55,121 nt of DNA from Propionibacteriales bacterium (lineage in GTDB: Bacteria > Actinomycetota > Actinomycetes > Propionibacteriales > Propionibacteriaceae), in contig JAJTBJ010000001.1 in assembly GCA_021286985.1 (NCBI GenBank), positions 1-55,121 on the forward strand, given 5' to 3'. Both the position numbers and the translations under genes were made by a program. How positions within the stretch are numbered: the first letter of the stretch is position 1; each line of letters begins with the position of its first letter. This document shows, in pieces, positions 29,909 through 39,396 of the stretch. The notes under the pieces were generated by a model. That model made no database searches. It was given only the letters and a program-made list of their open reading frames with translations, and had not been told where the DNA came from.

Positions 29909-31663
29909 GTGCCCACCCCCGGCGCCTTCGACGCGCTTTCCCCTGCCTTCCCCGGCCGTGCGGCCTGGGGGACCGCTGCGCGCCTGCGCGCCTGGCAGGT
30001 GGAGGCCCTCGCTCGCTACCGGATGCTGGATGCGTCCGACTTCTTGACCGTGGCCACGCCGGGGGCCGGCAAGACCACCTTCGCGCTGCGCGTCGCCACT
30101 GATCTGATTTCTGAACGGCGGATCGAGCAGGTGATCGTGGTCACTCCGACCGAGCATCTGAAGGTGCAGTGGGCCGAGGCCGCGGCCAAGGTCGGTCTGC
30201 ATCTGGATCCCGGTCTGGGCAAGAAGGCCGGACGCAGCCGCCAGTTCCACGGCCAGGCGATCACCTACGCCGGGGTCGCCGCTGCGGTGCATCGGCTAGA
30301 GGCGCTGACCGTGCGGTCCAAGACGCTGGTGATCTTCGACGAGATCCATCACGCCGGCGATTCGCGCAGTTGGGGCGAGGGGATCCGGCAGGCCTTCGAG
30401 TTGGCCACCCGTCGGCTGTGCCTCACCGGAACGCCCTTTCGTAGCGACACCGATCCGATTCCCTACGTTCGCTACGTGGAGGGTGCCGATGGCGTGCGCC
30501 GGTCGGATCCCGACTATGTCTACGGGTATGCCGAGGCGCTGCGCGATCAGGTGGTGCGTCCGGTGATGTTCCTGGCCTACGGCGGCGGGATGCGCTGGCG
30601 TACCCGCGCCGGCGACGAACTCGCCGCCAACCTCGGCGAACCGCTGACCAAGGATCTCACCGCCCAGGCGTGGCGCACCGCGCTGGATCCGGCGGGGGAG
30701 TGGATGACGGCGGTGCTGCGCAGCGCTGATCGCCGACTGACCGAGGTGCGCCGCCATGTGCCGGACGCCGGGGGGCTGGTGATCGCCAGTAATCAAAGAC
30801 AGGCCCGCGCCTATGCGCGGGTGCTGGAGCAGTTGGCAGGGGAGCGCCCCACGGTGGTGCTGAGCGACGACGCTGCCGCCAGCCGCAAGATCGAGCGATT
30901 CAGCGCCAGCACTGAACGCTGGATGGTCGCGGTGCGAATGGTGTCCGAAGGGGTGGACGTGCCCCGGCTGGCGGTGGGCGTCTATGCGACGGCCACCTCG
31001 ACGCCATTGTTCTTCGCCCAAGCGGTCGGACGATTCGTGCGCAGCCGGCGCCGGGGTGAGATCGCCAGCGTCTTCCTCCCGACCGTGCCGATCCTGTTGG
31101 CCCACGCCAGCACCATGGAGAAGCAGCGCGACCACGCACTGGGCAAGCCTGCGAACCCTGAAGAGGGCTTGTGGGATCCCGAGGAGGCGATGCTCGCTGA
31201 GGCGAACCGTGCCCGACGCGTCGCCGAGTTCGAAGGCGAGCAGGAGACCTTGGAGGCGATCGCTGCGTTCGATCACGTGTTGTTCGATGCCGCTGCCTAC
31301 GGGCTGCAGTCAGCTCCGGCGAGCGAGGAGGAGGCCGACTACCTAGGGCTGCCGGGCCTGCTGGAACCCGACCAGGTGGGCGCGCTGCTGGCTGAACGGC
31401 AGCGTCGCCAATTGGCACGCCGCGATCGCCAGGCCCGCAGGGAGAAGGAGAGTCCGGAGGTCAGCCTGCATCGCGCGCTGGAGTCGCGGCGCAAAGAGCT
31501 GAACTCATTGGTATCGCAGGTGGCTCGGTTACGGGGTGTCCCGCACAGCCACATTCATGCCGGGCTGCGTCGGGAGGCAGGCGGGCCGCCGCTGGCCCAA
31601 GCCACCACCGAACAGGTCGAGGACAGGATTGCGATGGCTCGTCGCTGGCTGGCGGCGTCCTGA
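29909..31663 (+). CDS. superfamily 2 DEAD/DEAH-box helicase (actinobacterial family)
   Basis: LRAWQ, ATPGAGKTT (Walker A), DEIHH, LTGTPFRSD, MVSEGVDVP, QAVGRFVR. Confidence 0.92.
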   Translation: MPTPGAFDALSPAFPGRAAWGTAARLRAWQVEALARYRMLDASDFLTVATPGAGKTTFALRVATDLISERRIEQVIVVTPTEHLKVQWAEAAAKVGLHLDPGLGKKAGRSRQFHGQAITYAGVAAAVHRLEALTVRSKTLVIFDEIHHAGDSRSWGEGIRQAFELATRRLCLTGTPFRSDTDPIPYVRYVEGADGVRRSDPDYVYGYAEALRDQVVRPVMFLAYGGGMRWRTRAGDELAANLGEPLTKDLTAQAWRTALDPAGEWMTAVLRSADRRLTEVRRHVPDAGGLVIASNQRQARAYARVLEQLAGERPTVVLSDDAAASRKIERFSASTERWMVAVRMVSEGVDVPRLAVGVYATATSTPLFFAQAVGRFVRSRRRGEIASVFLPTVPILLAHASTMEKQRDHALGKPANPEEGLWDPEEAMLAEANRARRVAEFEGEQETLEAIAAFDHVLFDAAAYGLQSAPASEEEADYLGLPGLLEPDQVGALLAERQRRQLARRDRQARREKESPEVSLHRALESRRKELNSLVSQVARLRGVPHSHIHAGLRREAGGPPLAQATTEQVEDRIAMARRWLAAS

Positions 31664-31681
31664 ACCGCGCCGTGGGCGACG

Positions 31682-31722
31682 AAAGACACACGCCGACGTC
31701 CGCTGCTGCGGACGCCGGCGTG
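31682..31722 (-). terminator. intrinsic terminator of serC-serA (possibly bidirectional)
   Basis: 15-bp stem at 31689-31722 with a 4-nt loop. The single A/C mismatch becomes G.U on the minus strand, where UGUCUUU follows. Confidence 0.75.
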
Positions 31723-31742
31723 AGGCAGGACTGGTGGGTGGC

Positions 31743-32912
31743 TCAGATCACCCGGGCGGACAGCACCCCGTCGATTGCCAGAATCTTGGTCACCACGGAC
31801 GCCGGGATCTCGCCGTCCACATCGACCAAGGTGTAGGCCAGGTCGCCGCGGGACTTGTTCAGCAGGTCGGCGATGTTGAGCCCGGATTCGGCCAGCAGGG
31901 TGGAGATCTGGCCGACCATGTTGGGCACATTGCTGTTGGCGATGGCCAGCCGCTGGGTGCCCTCGGAGCGGGCCAACTCGGCATTGGGGAAGTTCACCGA
32001 GTTGGTGATGGTCCCGTCCTCCAGGTACGCCTTGAGTTCCTCGGCGGCCATGTAGGCGCAGTTCTCCTCGGCCTCATTGGTGGACGCGCCCAAGTGGGGC
32101 AGGGTGACCACATTCGGGCGCTTGTTGAGCTCCGGGGTGGGGAAGTCGCACACGTAGCCGCGCAGGCTGCCGGCTTCCAGAGCCTCGACCACCGCCGCCT
32201 GATCGACGATCGGTCCGCGGGCGAAGTTGATCAGCACTGCGGACTTGCGCATCGACTTCAACTGGTCGGCACCGATCAGGCCACGCGTTCCGTCGACCAG
32301 CGGGACGTGAATGGTGACGATGTCGGCGCGCTTGAGCATGGCCTCCAGGTTGGTCACCCGCTCGACCTTGCTCGACAGGTTCCAGGCGTGCTCGATGGTG
32401 ATCGCCGGGTCGTAGCCCATCACCTTCATGCCCAGCCCGATGGCGGCATTGGCCACCTCGACGCCGATCGCGCCCAGGCCGATCACCGCCAAGGTGCGGC
32501 CGGGGAGTTCGAAGCCGACGAACTGCTTCTTACCGGCCTCGACCGCCTTGTCCATCTCGCCGGCGTCACCGTCGAGGCGGTGAGCGAAGGACGCGGCCGG
32601 AATGATGTTGCGAGCGGCGAGGAACAACGCCGCGACCACGAGTTCCTTCACCGCGTTGGCGTTGGCGCCCGGGGTGTTGAACACCGGGATGCCCTTGGCG
32701 CTGTATTCGGCGATCGGAATGTTGTTGGTGCCGGCGCCGGCGCGGGCGACAGCGAGCACCGAGGCCGGGATCTCCGCGCCGTGCAGGCTGGCCGAGCGCA
32801 GCAGGATCGCGTCAGGGGACTCGATGTCATTGCCGACGGCGTAAGTCGTGTCAGGGAGGCGGTTCAGGCCCACCTTGGAGATGGCATTGAGCGTCTTGAT
32901 CTGAAAGGTCAT
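31743..32912 (-). CDS. serA: D-3-phosphoglycerate dehydrogenase with C-terminal ACT domain
   Basis: ARAGAGTNNI, NTPGANANAVKELV, GLGAIG, NFARG, PHLGAST.EAE; coupled to serC. ATG at 32912 follows GAGG. Confidence 0.92.
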   Translation of the reverse strand: MTFQIKTLNAISKVGLNRLPDTTYAVGNDIESPDAILLRSASLHGAEIPASVLAVARAGAGTNNIPIAEYSAKGIPVFNTPGANANAVKELVVAALFLAARNIIPAASFAHRLDGDAGEMDKAVEAGKKQFVGFELPGRTLAVIGLGAIGVEVANAAIGLGMKVMGYDPAITIEHAWNLSSKVERVTNLEAMLKRADIVTIHVPLVDGTRGLIGADQLKSMRKSAVLINFARGPIVDQAAVVEALEAGSLRGYVCDFPTPELNKRPNVVTLPHLGASTNEAEENCAYMAAEELKAYLEDGTITNSVNFPNAELARSEGTQRLAIANSNVPNMVGQISTLLAESGLNIADLLNKSRGDLAYTLVDVDGEIPASVVTKILAIDGVLSARVI

Positions 32913-32919
32913 TGGTTCC

Positions 32920-34002
32920 TCACCCATTACGGCGTTCGAAGTCGGTCATGAAGTCGATCAGCGCCTGCACGCCTTCGGCGGGCATCGCGTTGTAGATGCT
33001 GGCACGCATGCCGCCCACGCTGCGGTGGCCGGCGAGGTTGGTCATGCCTGCCGCGGCGGCTTCGGCCACGAAGGCCTTGTCCAAGTCGGCATTGGCCTGC
33101 AGGAAGGGGACGTTCATCCAGGAGCGGGAGTCGGCAGCGACCGGGTTGGAGTAGTAGCTGCTGGCATCGATGTAGCCGTACAGCGCCTCGGCCTTGGCGC
33201 GGTTGCGTTCAGCCATCGCGGGCAGGCCGCCGAGGTCGGCGACCCACTTCAGGATCAGCCCGAGCAGGTAGACCCCGAAGGTGGGCGGGGTGTTGAGCAT
33301 GGAGTCGGCCGCAGCCATCTCGGCGTAGTTCCAGATCGACGGAGTACCCGGTCGAGCCTTGCCGAGCAGGTCGTCGCGGACGATCGCCACACACAGGCCC
33401 GAGGGACCCATGTTCTTCTGGGCGCCGGCGTAGATCAGGCCGTAGTCGGCGACGTTGATCGGACGCGACAGAATCGTCGAGCTGAAGTCGGCCACCAGTG
33501 GGACTTCGCCGGTGTTCGGGACGTAGCCGAACTCCACGCCGCCGATGGTCTCGTTCGGCGTGTAGTGGACGTAGGCGGCGGACGGGTCGATCACCAACGA
33601 ATCGGCAGCGGGAGTGTCGGTGTAGCCGGAGGCGGCCTGATCAGCGATCACGCTCACGTCCAGGCCCTGGGCCTTGGCCGCCTTGATCGCCTTGGCCGAC
33701 CACTGACCGGTGTTGATGAAGTTGACCCGATCGCCGACGGCGGTCAGATTCAGCGGGATGGCATCGAATTGGCCCGAGGCGCCACCCTGCAGGAACAGCA
33801 CCTTGTAGTTGTCCGGCACCGACAGGACGTCCCGCATCAGCTGCTCGGTCTCGGCAGCACAAGCGACGAAATCCTTACCTCGGTGGGATACCTCCAACAC
33901 AGACATGCCGGAGCCTTTCCAGTCGGTCAACTCAGACTGGGCAACGGTGAGGGCCTCGATCGGGAGCATGGCAGGACCGGCGGAAAAGTTGTAGACGCGC
34001 AT
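32920..34002 (-). CDS. serC: phosphoserine aminotransferase
   Basis: YNFSAGPA, SHRGK, FLQGGA, NETIGG, YAGAQKNMGP, NTPP, GHRSVGGMRASIYNA. Confidence 0.97.
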   Translation of the reverse strand: MRVYNFSAGPAMLPIEALTVAQSELTDWKGSGMSVLEVSHRGKDFVACAAETEQLMRDVLSVPDNYKVLFLQGGASGQFDAIPLNLTAVGDRVNFINTGQWSAKAIKAAKAQGLDVSVIADQAASGYTDTPAADSLVIDPSAAYVHYTPNETIGGVEFGYVPNTGEVPLVADFSSTILSRPINVADYGLIYAGAQKNMGPSGLCVAIVRDDLLGKARPGTPSIWNYAEMAAADSMLNTPPTFGVYLLGLILKWVADLGGLPAMAERNRAKAEALYGYIDASSYYSNPVAADSRSWMNVPFLQANADLDKAFVAEAAAAGMTNLAGHRSVGGMRASIYNAMPAEGVQALIDFMTDFERRNG

Positions 34003-34037
34003 GGCTCATTGTTTCAGGAACTTGCCGGGACAGCCTG

Positions 34038-34064
34038 CAACGGCGCCGAGTTTGGACGCCGTCG
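34038..34064 (-). terminator. 10-bp stem-loop between the small ORF and serC
   Basis: Minus-strand CGACGGCGUC-caaacuc-GGCGCCGUUG; both non-Watson-Crick positions are G.U only on the minus strand. Confidence 0.5.
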
Positions 34065-34076
34065 TGATCGAGGCGT

Positions 34077-34223
34077 TCAGCGCGCAGGGGACGCGGGCCC
34101 GGCCAACGGTGCTTCGTTGCGTGAATCAGCGGCCGGTGGGGTCGCATTGGCGGCGCGGTTGCGCTCCTCACGCGCGGCGCGCCGGTCGTGTTCGATGGTG
34201 GTCGCGAGGCGATCAAGATTCAT
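34077..34223 (-). CDS. unannotated 48-aa small protein MNLDRLATTIEHDRRAAREERNRAANATPPAADSRNEAPLAGPASPAR
   Basis: AGGA-ccgcc-ATG at 34223 to TGA at 34077; mostly G/C third codon positions; below the ORF track size cut-off. Confidence 0.5.
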   Translation of the reverse strand: MNLDRLATTIEHDRRAAREERNRAANATPPAADSRNEAPLAGPASPAR

Positions 34224-34257
34224 GGCGGTCCTGCGTCGAGGGGCGAAGTGAGGGGTA

Positions 34258-34452
34258 CTGATCGGGCGGGGAACCCCTGGATGGCGGTGGGGGGCGCGAG
34301 TTCCCCTCCCGATCAGGATGGAGTTCGGTCGCGGGTCGTGGAGCGAACCTGCCCTGGGCAGCTCGACGGATCGCCGCGTGACGAACTCCGGCTATTCGGT
34401 TGTGCTCGGCAGGCATGGCTCCCGCAACGCCGCGCCGTTGGTGTAGGGCCAT
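34258..34452. other. cluster of long stem-loops (candidate structured leader or ncRNA)
   Basis: Inverted repeats at 34258-34316 (CTGATCGGG-c-GGGGAAC / GTTCCCC-t-CCCGATCAG), 34320-34389 (GGAGTTCG / CGAACTCC with inner pairing) and 34415-34452. Confidence 0.55.
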
Positions 34453-34578
34453 TGTGGGGATCGAGATGTGGGACGAAGGGTCCGATGAGCGGAAAACCCC
34501 AGCTATGGCCCGCGGAAATGCGCCGAGCAAGCCATTTCCGGTGTGAGAATGGTGCAACCATCCCGAGCCAGGAGTGAG

Positions 34579-35247
34579 ATGCCGTCCACCGCCAATCCGA
34601 ACTCGTTCACTCCGGCACCGCGTCGCGTGCTGGTGGTCGAGGACGAACCGCTGATTCGTTCGTTGACCATCTCTCTGCTGGAGAATGCCGGATTTGACGC
34701 GATGGGTGCAGGCACAGCTGCGGACGCGATTGCGGCGTTGAAATCCTTCGACCCGGACGCGCTGCTGGTCGACCTTGACCTCGGCGAGGGTCCCGGCGGG
34801 GCCGAGGTGTTGGCCTATGCCGACCGCTACGCGCCGTGGGCTGCGCTGGTCGTGATGACCAATGCACCCTCGCCGGAGGTGGCCGGGGTGGATGCGCGAC
34901 TGATTCCGGCGCGAGCCGCCTATCTGCACAAACGATCGCTGGCGGATGCCGAACTGGTGCTGGAGACCCTCGAGGAGGTGCTGCGCGATCAGGCGCCGCG
35001 CCGCGATGATGTGGCGGCCTCCGGCCCGTTGAGCGGGCTGAGCCGCGACCAGTTGGAGGTGCTGCGGCTGATCGCCGCCGGGCTGTCCAATGCGGAGATC
35101 GCCGCTCGCCGCGGCACGTCCAGTCACGGGGTGGAACAGATCGTGCAACGGCTGATCCTCCGCTTGGAAGTGGAAAAGGGCTCGGCGATGAATCCCCGGG
35201 TGCAGCTCGCAAAGCTCTATTACGCCCACGGGCCCAGCGCGAAGTGA
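34579..35247 (+). CDS. response regulator, NarL/LuxR family
   Basis: VLVVEDE, LLVDLDL (phospho-Asp), VMT, YLHK; LSRDQLEVLRLIAAGLSNAEIA HTH. ATG at 34579 follows AGGAG. Confidence 0.92.
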   Translation: MPSTANPNSFTPAPRRVLVVEDEPLIRSLTISLLENAGFDAMGAGTAADAIAALKSFDPDALLVDLDLGEGPGGAEVLAYADRYAPWAALVVMTNAPSPEVAGVDARLIPARAAYLHKRSLADAELVLETLEEVLRDQAPRRDDVAASGPLSGLSRDQLEVLRLIAAGLSNAEIAARRGTSSHGVEQIVQRLILRLEVEKGSAMNPRVQLAKLYYAHGPSAK

Positions 35248-37100
35248 CCGGCCCGCTGGATCGGCTCTCGCCGAGGTCGGTCCTCAGCGAACTGCGGCTG
35301 GCCTCCTGGGATGGGCCGGTGCGGTTGTCGGTCCTGCTGATTCCCGCGCCGTGGTTGTACGGCGACCAGCTCTACTACGGGACGCAGAACGGGCTGAGTC
35401 CGGCCGAGGCGCTGGTGGCTTCGCTGGGCGCCCTGACCGCCTACCTGCTGGCGATGATCGTGCTGTGCTGGGGCGTGGTCCCGGTGGTGAAGTGGCTGCT
35501 GCGGCTGCGGTCTGTGCTCGGCCTGGAGCTGGTGTTCTTCAGCGCTGGTGGGGTTGTCCGCGCAGCGGTGATGGTGGTGGCCACCAACGATGGGGTGATG
35601 GATCTCGGACAGTGGGGCTGGTTGTCGCTGTCCTGGGCGCTCAACACCGGTACGTGGACGACGGCGGCAGCCGTCCTGGTCAGTTGGTGGCATCAGGCCC
35701 GGGCGCAGCGCGTCCGTTTGGAGACTGAGTACGAGCGCCAGATCCTCACCCGCAGCGAAGATGCTCGGGCGCTCGCCGAGACCAATCAGCGTCTGGTCGA
35801 GGTACGCGAGCGCACCCGCGAGTCCTTGGCCGACATCGAGCGGCGACTAGAGGGTGAGTTGAGCCCGGCCCGTCTCGACGAGTGCATTGCGGTGATCGAT
35901 GAGGTGGTCGCCAGCTCGGTGCGTCCCACCAGCCACGATCTGGCGCGACTCGACGACACCCTGGAACCGATTCACGTCGATCCTCTGTGGCCGAGCCGAC
36001 GGGAGCTGATCCCGGCGATCATTCGCGCCTGGCCGAAGGCGCGGCCGTTCCAACCGTGGCTGGTGGGTTTGTTGTGCCTGCCGATGGTGATGGTGGCCGA
36101 AGTGGTTCCGGCCCCGCATCGCCTGGACGCGGGCAGTTCGATCTCGATCACCATCCTGGGCCTTCAGGTGCTGCTGCTGTGGGGATCGGATCGCATCCTC
36201 GCGCCGCGGGTGGCCCGGATGCCGGCCCGGTCGGGAGCCGCGGTGGTGTTCGCCATCTACCTGGTCCTCTACTTGCTGGGTCTGACCACCTTGATCCTTG
36301 CCATGATCGGCGACGAGCCGACCCCTCTGGAAGCCTTCTTGATGCCGGCCCTGCTGTCCATGATCGCCGGTGGAATCTCCGCTTTCGCCCGGATTCGAGA
36401 GGACGAGAGCGCGGCGGCGAGGTCGCTGATCCGTCGTACCAACTGGGAACTCCATCGCACCCGCCAGCGGCTGTGGGCCCGCCGTCGCCGGCTCGCCACG
36501 GCGTTGCACGGACGGGTTCAGGCCAACCTCACCGCGGCCAGCCTGATCCTGGGTGGGGCTCGCAATCAGCTTCGCAAGGGTGGCGCGTTGGACGCGGAGG
36601 TGATCGATCGAGTTCGCAGCACGGTGGCGCTGGCCAACCCGGTGGACGAGGCGCCGCTGGAGACCCCCGAGCAGCGTTTGCACACCGTGACGTCGGTATG
36701 GGCCGGGGTGTTGGACGTGTCGCTGGACCTGCGCCCGGGCGGGCTGGCGATGATGACCGGTGCCCCCGACCTCGCCGACGCCTGCATCGAAGTAGTCCGA
36801 GAGATCCTGCTGAACTCCGTCCGGCACAGCGGGGCTACCCAGGCAGAGGTCGTGATCGGGTCGGACCAGCGGTCGTTGCTGGGCATCCGGGTGCGCGAGA
36901 TGAACGCCACCCGTACCCCACTGGGCGCCATCGGGGGGCCGGGGCTGGGGCGGACGTTGATCGACTCGCTGGCGGTGGACTGGGCCGAGACCGACGGCGA
37001 AGAGGGGCGCCTCACCGTCGCGCTGCTGGCGGCCGGCAGCGGCGGGGTAGGGGAGTTCAACGCCGGTTCGCTGCTGGGTGACGTGGGCACGCTGGTGTGA
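35244..37100 (+). CDS. atypical membrane sensor histidine kinase (HisKA_3-like, two TM bundles)
   Basis: H-box-like [14 protein letters not shown]-box [13 protein letters not shown]2-like GPGLG; GTGA overlap with the regulator. Confidence 0.75.
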   Translation: MTGPLDRLSPRSVLSELRLASWDGPVRLSVLLIPAPWLYGDQLYYGTQNGLSPAEALVASLGALTAYLLAMIVLCWGVVPVVKWLLRLRSVLGLELVFFSAGGVVRAAVMVVATNDGVMDLGQWGWLSLSWALNTGTWTTAAAVLVSWWHQARAQRVRLETEYERQILTRSEDARALAETNQRLVEVRERTRESLADIERRLEGELSPARLDECIAVIDEVVASSVRPTSHDLARLDDTLEPIHVDPLWPSRRELIPAIIRAWPKARPFQPWLVGLLCLPMVMVAEVVPAPHRLDAGSSISITILGLQVLLLWGSDRILAPRVARMPARSGAAVVFAIYLVLYLLGLTTLILAMIGDEPTPLEAFLMPALLSMIAGGISAFARIREDESAAARSLIRRTNWELHRTRQRLWARRRRLATALHGRVQANLTAASLILGGARNQLRKGGALDAEVIDRVRSTVALANPVDEAPLETPEQRLHTVTSVWAGVLDVSLDLRPGGLAMMTGAPDLADACIEVVREILLNSVRHSGATQAEVVIGSDQRSLLGIRVREMNATRTPLGAIGGPGLGRTLIDSLAVDWAETDGEEGRLTVALLAAGSGGVGEFNAGSLLGDVGTLV

Positions 37101-37120
37101 ACCGCTGTCACAATGAACCG

Positions 37121-37471
37121 GTGAGCGAGTTGGATCCACGAATTGCTGCCGTGTTGAAGCGCAATGACGCCGGCCTGGTGCCGGTGGTCGTCCAGGAGGC
37201 GGAGACTGCGGTGGTGCTGATGCTGGCCTGGGCGGACGAGGAGGCCTTACGGCAGACCTTGGAGACCCGTAAGGCGACCTATTTCTCGCGTAGTCGCCAG
37301 CAGCTGTGGGTCAAGGGCGAGACCAGCGGCCACACCCAGCTGGTTCGCGAGGTTCGGCTCGATTGCGATGGTGACACCCTGCTGTATCGGGTTGAACAGA
37401 CCGGGCCGGCCTGCCACACCGGCACCACCAGCTGCTTTGACGCCATGGTGCTGTTGGAGGACGAGCGGTGA
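37121..37471 (+). CDS. hisI: phosphoribosyl-AMP cyclohydrolase
   Basis: [46 protein letters not shown]. Confidence 0.96.
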   Translation: MSELDPRIAAVLKRNDAGLVPVVVQEAETAVVLMLAWADEEALRQTLETRKATYFSRSRQQLWVKGETSGHTQLVREVRLDCDGDTLLYRVEQTGPACHTGTTSCFDAMVLLEDER

Positions 37472-38976
37472 GGCTGCCTATCGAACCGTCTCTGGACGAC
37501 TTCCTGGCTGCCGGTGGGCAGCGTCGGGTGGTCAGCGTGTACGCCCGCTTGCAGGCTGCCGAGTTGACCGCGGTGGAGGTGTATCACCGCCTGTGTGGGC
37601 AGCGTGCCAATACCTTCTTGCTGGAGTCGGCCGATGCCGGTGCGTGGTCGCGGTACTCCTTCGTGGGAGTGCGTGCGGCGGCCACTTTGACCGAAGTGGA
37701 CGGGGCTGCCACCTGGCAGTGGAGCCGCCGTCCGATCAGCGGGCTGCCGGTCGATGGCGATCCGCTGGTGGTGCTGGAACAAACCTTGGCGGAGTTGCAC
37801 ACCCCGAGACAGCCGGAGTTGCCCCCGCTGGTGTCCGGCTTGGTCGGCTACCTCGGCTATGACGTGGTTCGCCGGCTGGAGCGCCTCCCCGACAGCAACC
37901 CCGACGACCTGGGCATCCCCGAGTTGGCCATGATGGTGGCCGCGGATGTTGCCGTCTTGGACCACCACGCGGGGGAGCTGTGGCTGGTGGCCAATGCCAT
38001 CAACTTCGACGGATCGCCGCAGCGCATCACCGAGGCGTATCACGATGCGGTCGCCCGCATCGAGGCGATGGCCGACGATCTGCTCCGCCCGGTCCCTCCG
38101 CTGGTGGCCGTCTCCACGGCCGCGGCGACCTCGCCCGAGATTCGGCGGCAACGCACGAGCGAGGAGTATCAGGCTGCGGTGAGCGCGGCCATTGAGGAGA
38201 TCCGCGCCGGCGAGGCGTTCCAGATCGTGCCGAGTCAGCGGTTTGAAGTCGACTGCCCGGTCGACGCGCTCGACGTGTACCGGGAGCTGCGGCGCAGCAA
38301 CCCCAGCCCCTATCTGTATCTGTTGCGCTACGAGGATTTCGCGATCGTGGGGGCCAGCCCGGAGGCGTTGGTCACGGTCACGGGAGGTCGCGCGACCACC
38401 CACCCGATCGCTGGCACCCGCCCGCGCGGTGCCGATCTGGGTGCCGACGCCGCGATGGAGGCCGAACTGCTGGCCGATCCCAAGGAGGCTGCCGAGCACC
38501 TCATGCTGGTCGACCTGGGACGAAGCGACCTGGGCCGGGTGTGTCAGCCCGGGTCGGTGACGGTGGTGGAGTTCATGAAGGTGCGCCGCTACAGCCACGT
38601 GATGCATCTGGAAGCAGCTGTGACCGGAACCCTGACGACCGGGTGCAGCGCGCTGGCGGCGACGTTGAGCTGCTTCCCGGCCGGGACCCTCACCGGGGCG
38701 CCGAAAGTGCGCGCGATGGAGATCATCGACGGGTTGGAGGTGTCCCGGCGCGGTCTGTACGGCGGCGTGGTGGGCTACTTCGACTTCGCCGGGGATTCCG
38801 ACACCGCGATCGCCATTCGTACCGCGGTCATTCGTGGCCACGTCGGCTATGTGCAGGCCGGTGCGGGGGTGGTGGCCGACTCGGTCCCAGAATCCGAAGA
38901 TCAGGAAGCTCAGAACAAGGCCAAGGCCGTGCTCGGGGCAATCGCTCGGGCATCGGCGTTGCGGCAGCTCAGTTGA
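37468..38976 (+). CDS. trpE: anthranilate synthase component I
   Basis: FLLESA...[46 protein letters not shown]. Confidence 0.93.
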   Translation: MRLPIEPSLDDFLAAGGQRRVVSVYARLQAAELTAVEVYHRLCGQRANTFLLESADAGAWSRYSFVGVRAAATLTEVDGAATWQWSRRPISGLPVDGDPLVVLEQTLAELHTPRQPELPPLVSGLVGYLGYDVVRRLERLPDSNPDDLGIPELAMMVAADVAVLDHHAGELWLVANAINFDGSPQRITEAYHDAVARIEAMADDLLRPVPPLVAVSTAAATSPEIRRQRTSEEYQAAVSAAIEEIRAGEAFQIVPSQRFEVDCPVDALDVYRELRRSNPSPYLYLLRYEDFAIVGASPEALVTVTGGRATTHPIAGTRPRGADLGADAAMEAELLADPKEAAEHLMLVDLGRSDLGRVCQPGSVTVVEFMKVRRYSHVMHLEAAVTGTLTTGCSALAATLSCFPAGTLTGAPKVRAMEIIDGLEVSRRGLYGGVVGYFDFAGDSDTAIAIRTAVIRGHVGYVQAGAGVVADSVPESEDQEAQNKAKAVLGAIARASALRQLS

Positions 38977-39168
38977 GCCGCTCGGTGCCGGGGTGGCTAG
39001 GTCATTGGCTGGATCCGTTGACCAGGCGTAGGAGCGAAACCCCTAGTGAGAACGCCGTTCACGAACCCCGATTCTTCAGGTTTTCACGGAATTCTCCGGT
39101 AGCGCGTTCGTCGGAAACCGGCCAAGATGGGAGCCGACTGAGCATGCGGGAGCGATCAGGAGCAGTCA

Positions 39169-39396
39169 ATGACCGATAGGGCTGAGCGCGCGGCAATCGC
39201 GCCTGCCGAGTATGTGTCCGGGCGCACGGGGGTCGCCTGGACCGGGGAGATCATGGCGGCTGTGGCCGTCATGGTGGGAGCAGCGGCGTTGTGGCTAGGG
39301 CCGAATTGGACGCTCATGTGGGCGGCCGTGGTGCTTCTGGTCCTCGCTGTCGTGACCAGAGCGGTGTTGCGTCGCCTAGGAATCGGGCAGTTTTGA
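39169..39396 (+). CDS. small two-helix membrane protein resembling the HGxxPAAW family
   Basis: [10 protein letters not shown] motif variant, two hydrophobic helices, ends LRRLGIGQF; AGGAG RBS; stop overlaps the trpC start. Confidence 0.75.
   Translation: MTDRAERAAIAPAEYVSGRTGVAWTGEIMAAVAVMVGAAALWLGPNWTLMWAAVVLLVLAVVTRAVLRRLGIGQF

Noticed and set aside
29909-31663. Helicase as a restriction or anti-phage defence component
   Set aside because: No adjacent nuclease or methyltransferase; it matches a widespread actinobacterial SF2 family with host-like composition.
34003-34220. Possible glycine, ZTP or serC-leader riboswitch directly upstream of serC
   Set aside because: Core motifs not found (no GGAGA...CCGAAG...CUCUCAGG; no ZTP-type CUGGGC pseudoknot strand); the region is better explained by a small ORF plus a hairpin.
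34213-34416. Alternative minus-strand ORF MPAEHNRIAG...QDRHES running through the hairpins
   Set aside because: Poor codon pattern and Pro/Arg-rich composition typical of non-coding GC-rich DNA; cannot be fully excluded.
37101-37470. His or Trp attenuator leader peptide before hisI/trpE
   Set aside because: Only 20 nt separate the sensor kinase from hisI, hisI overlaps trpE, and there are no His or Trp codon runs.
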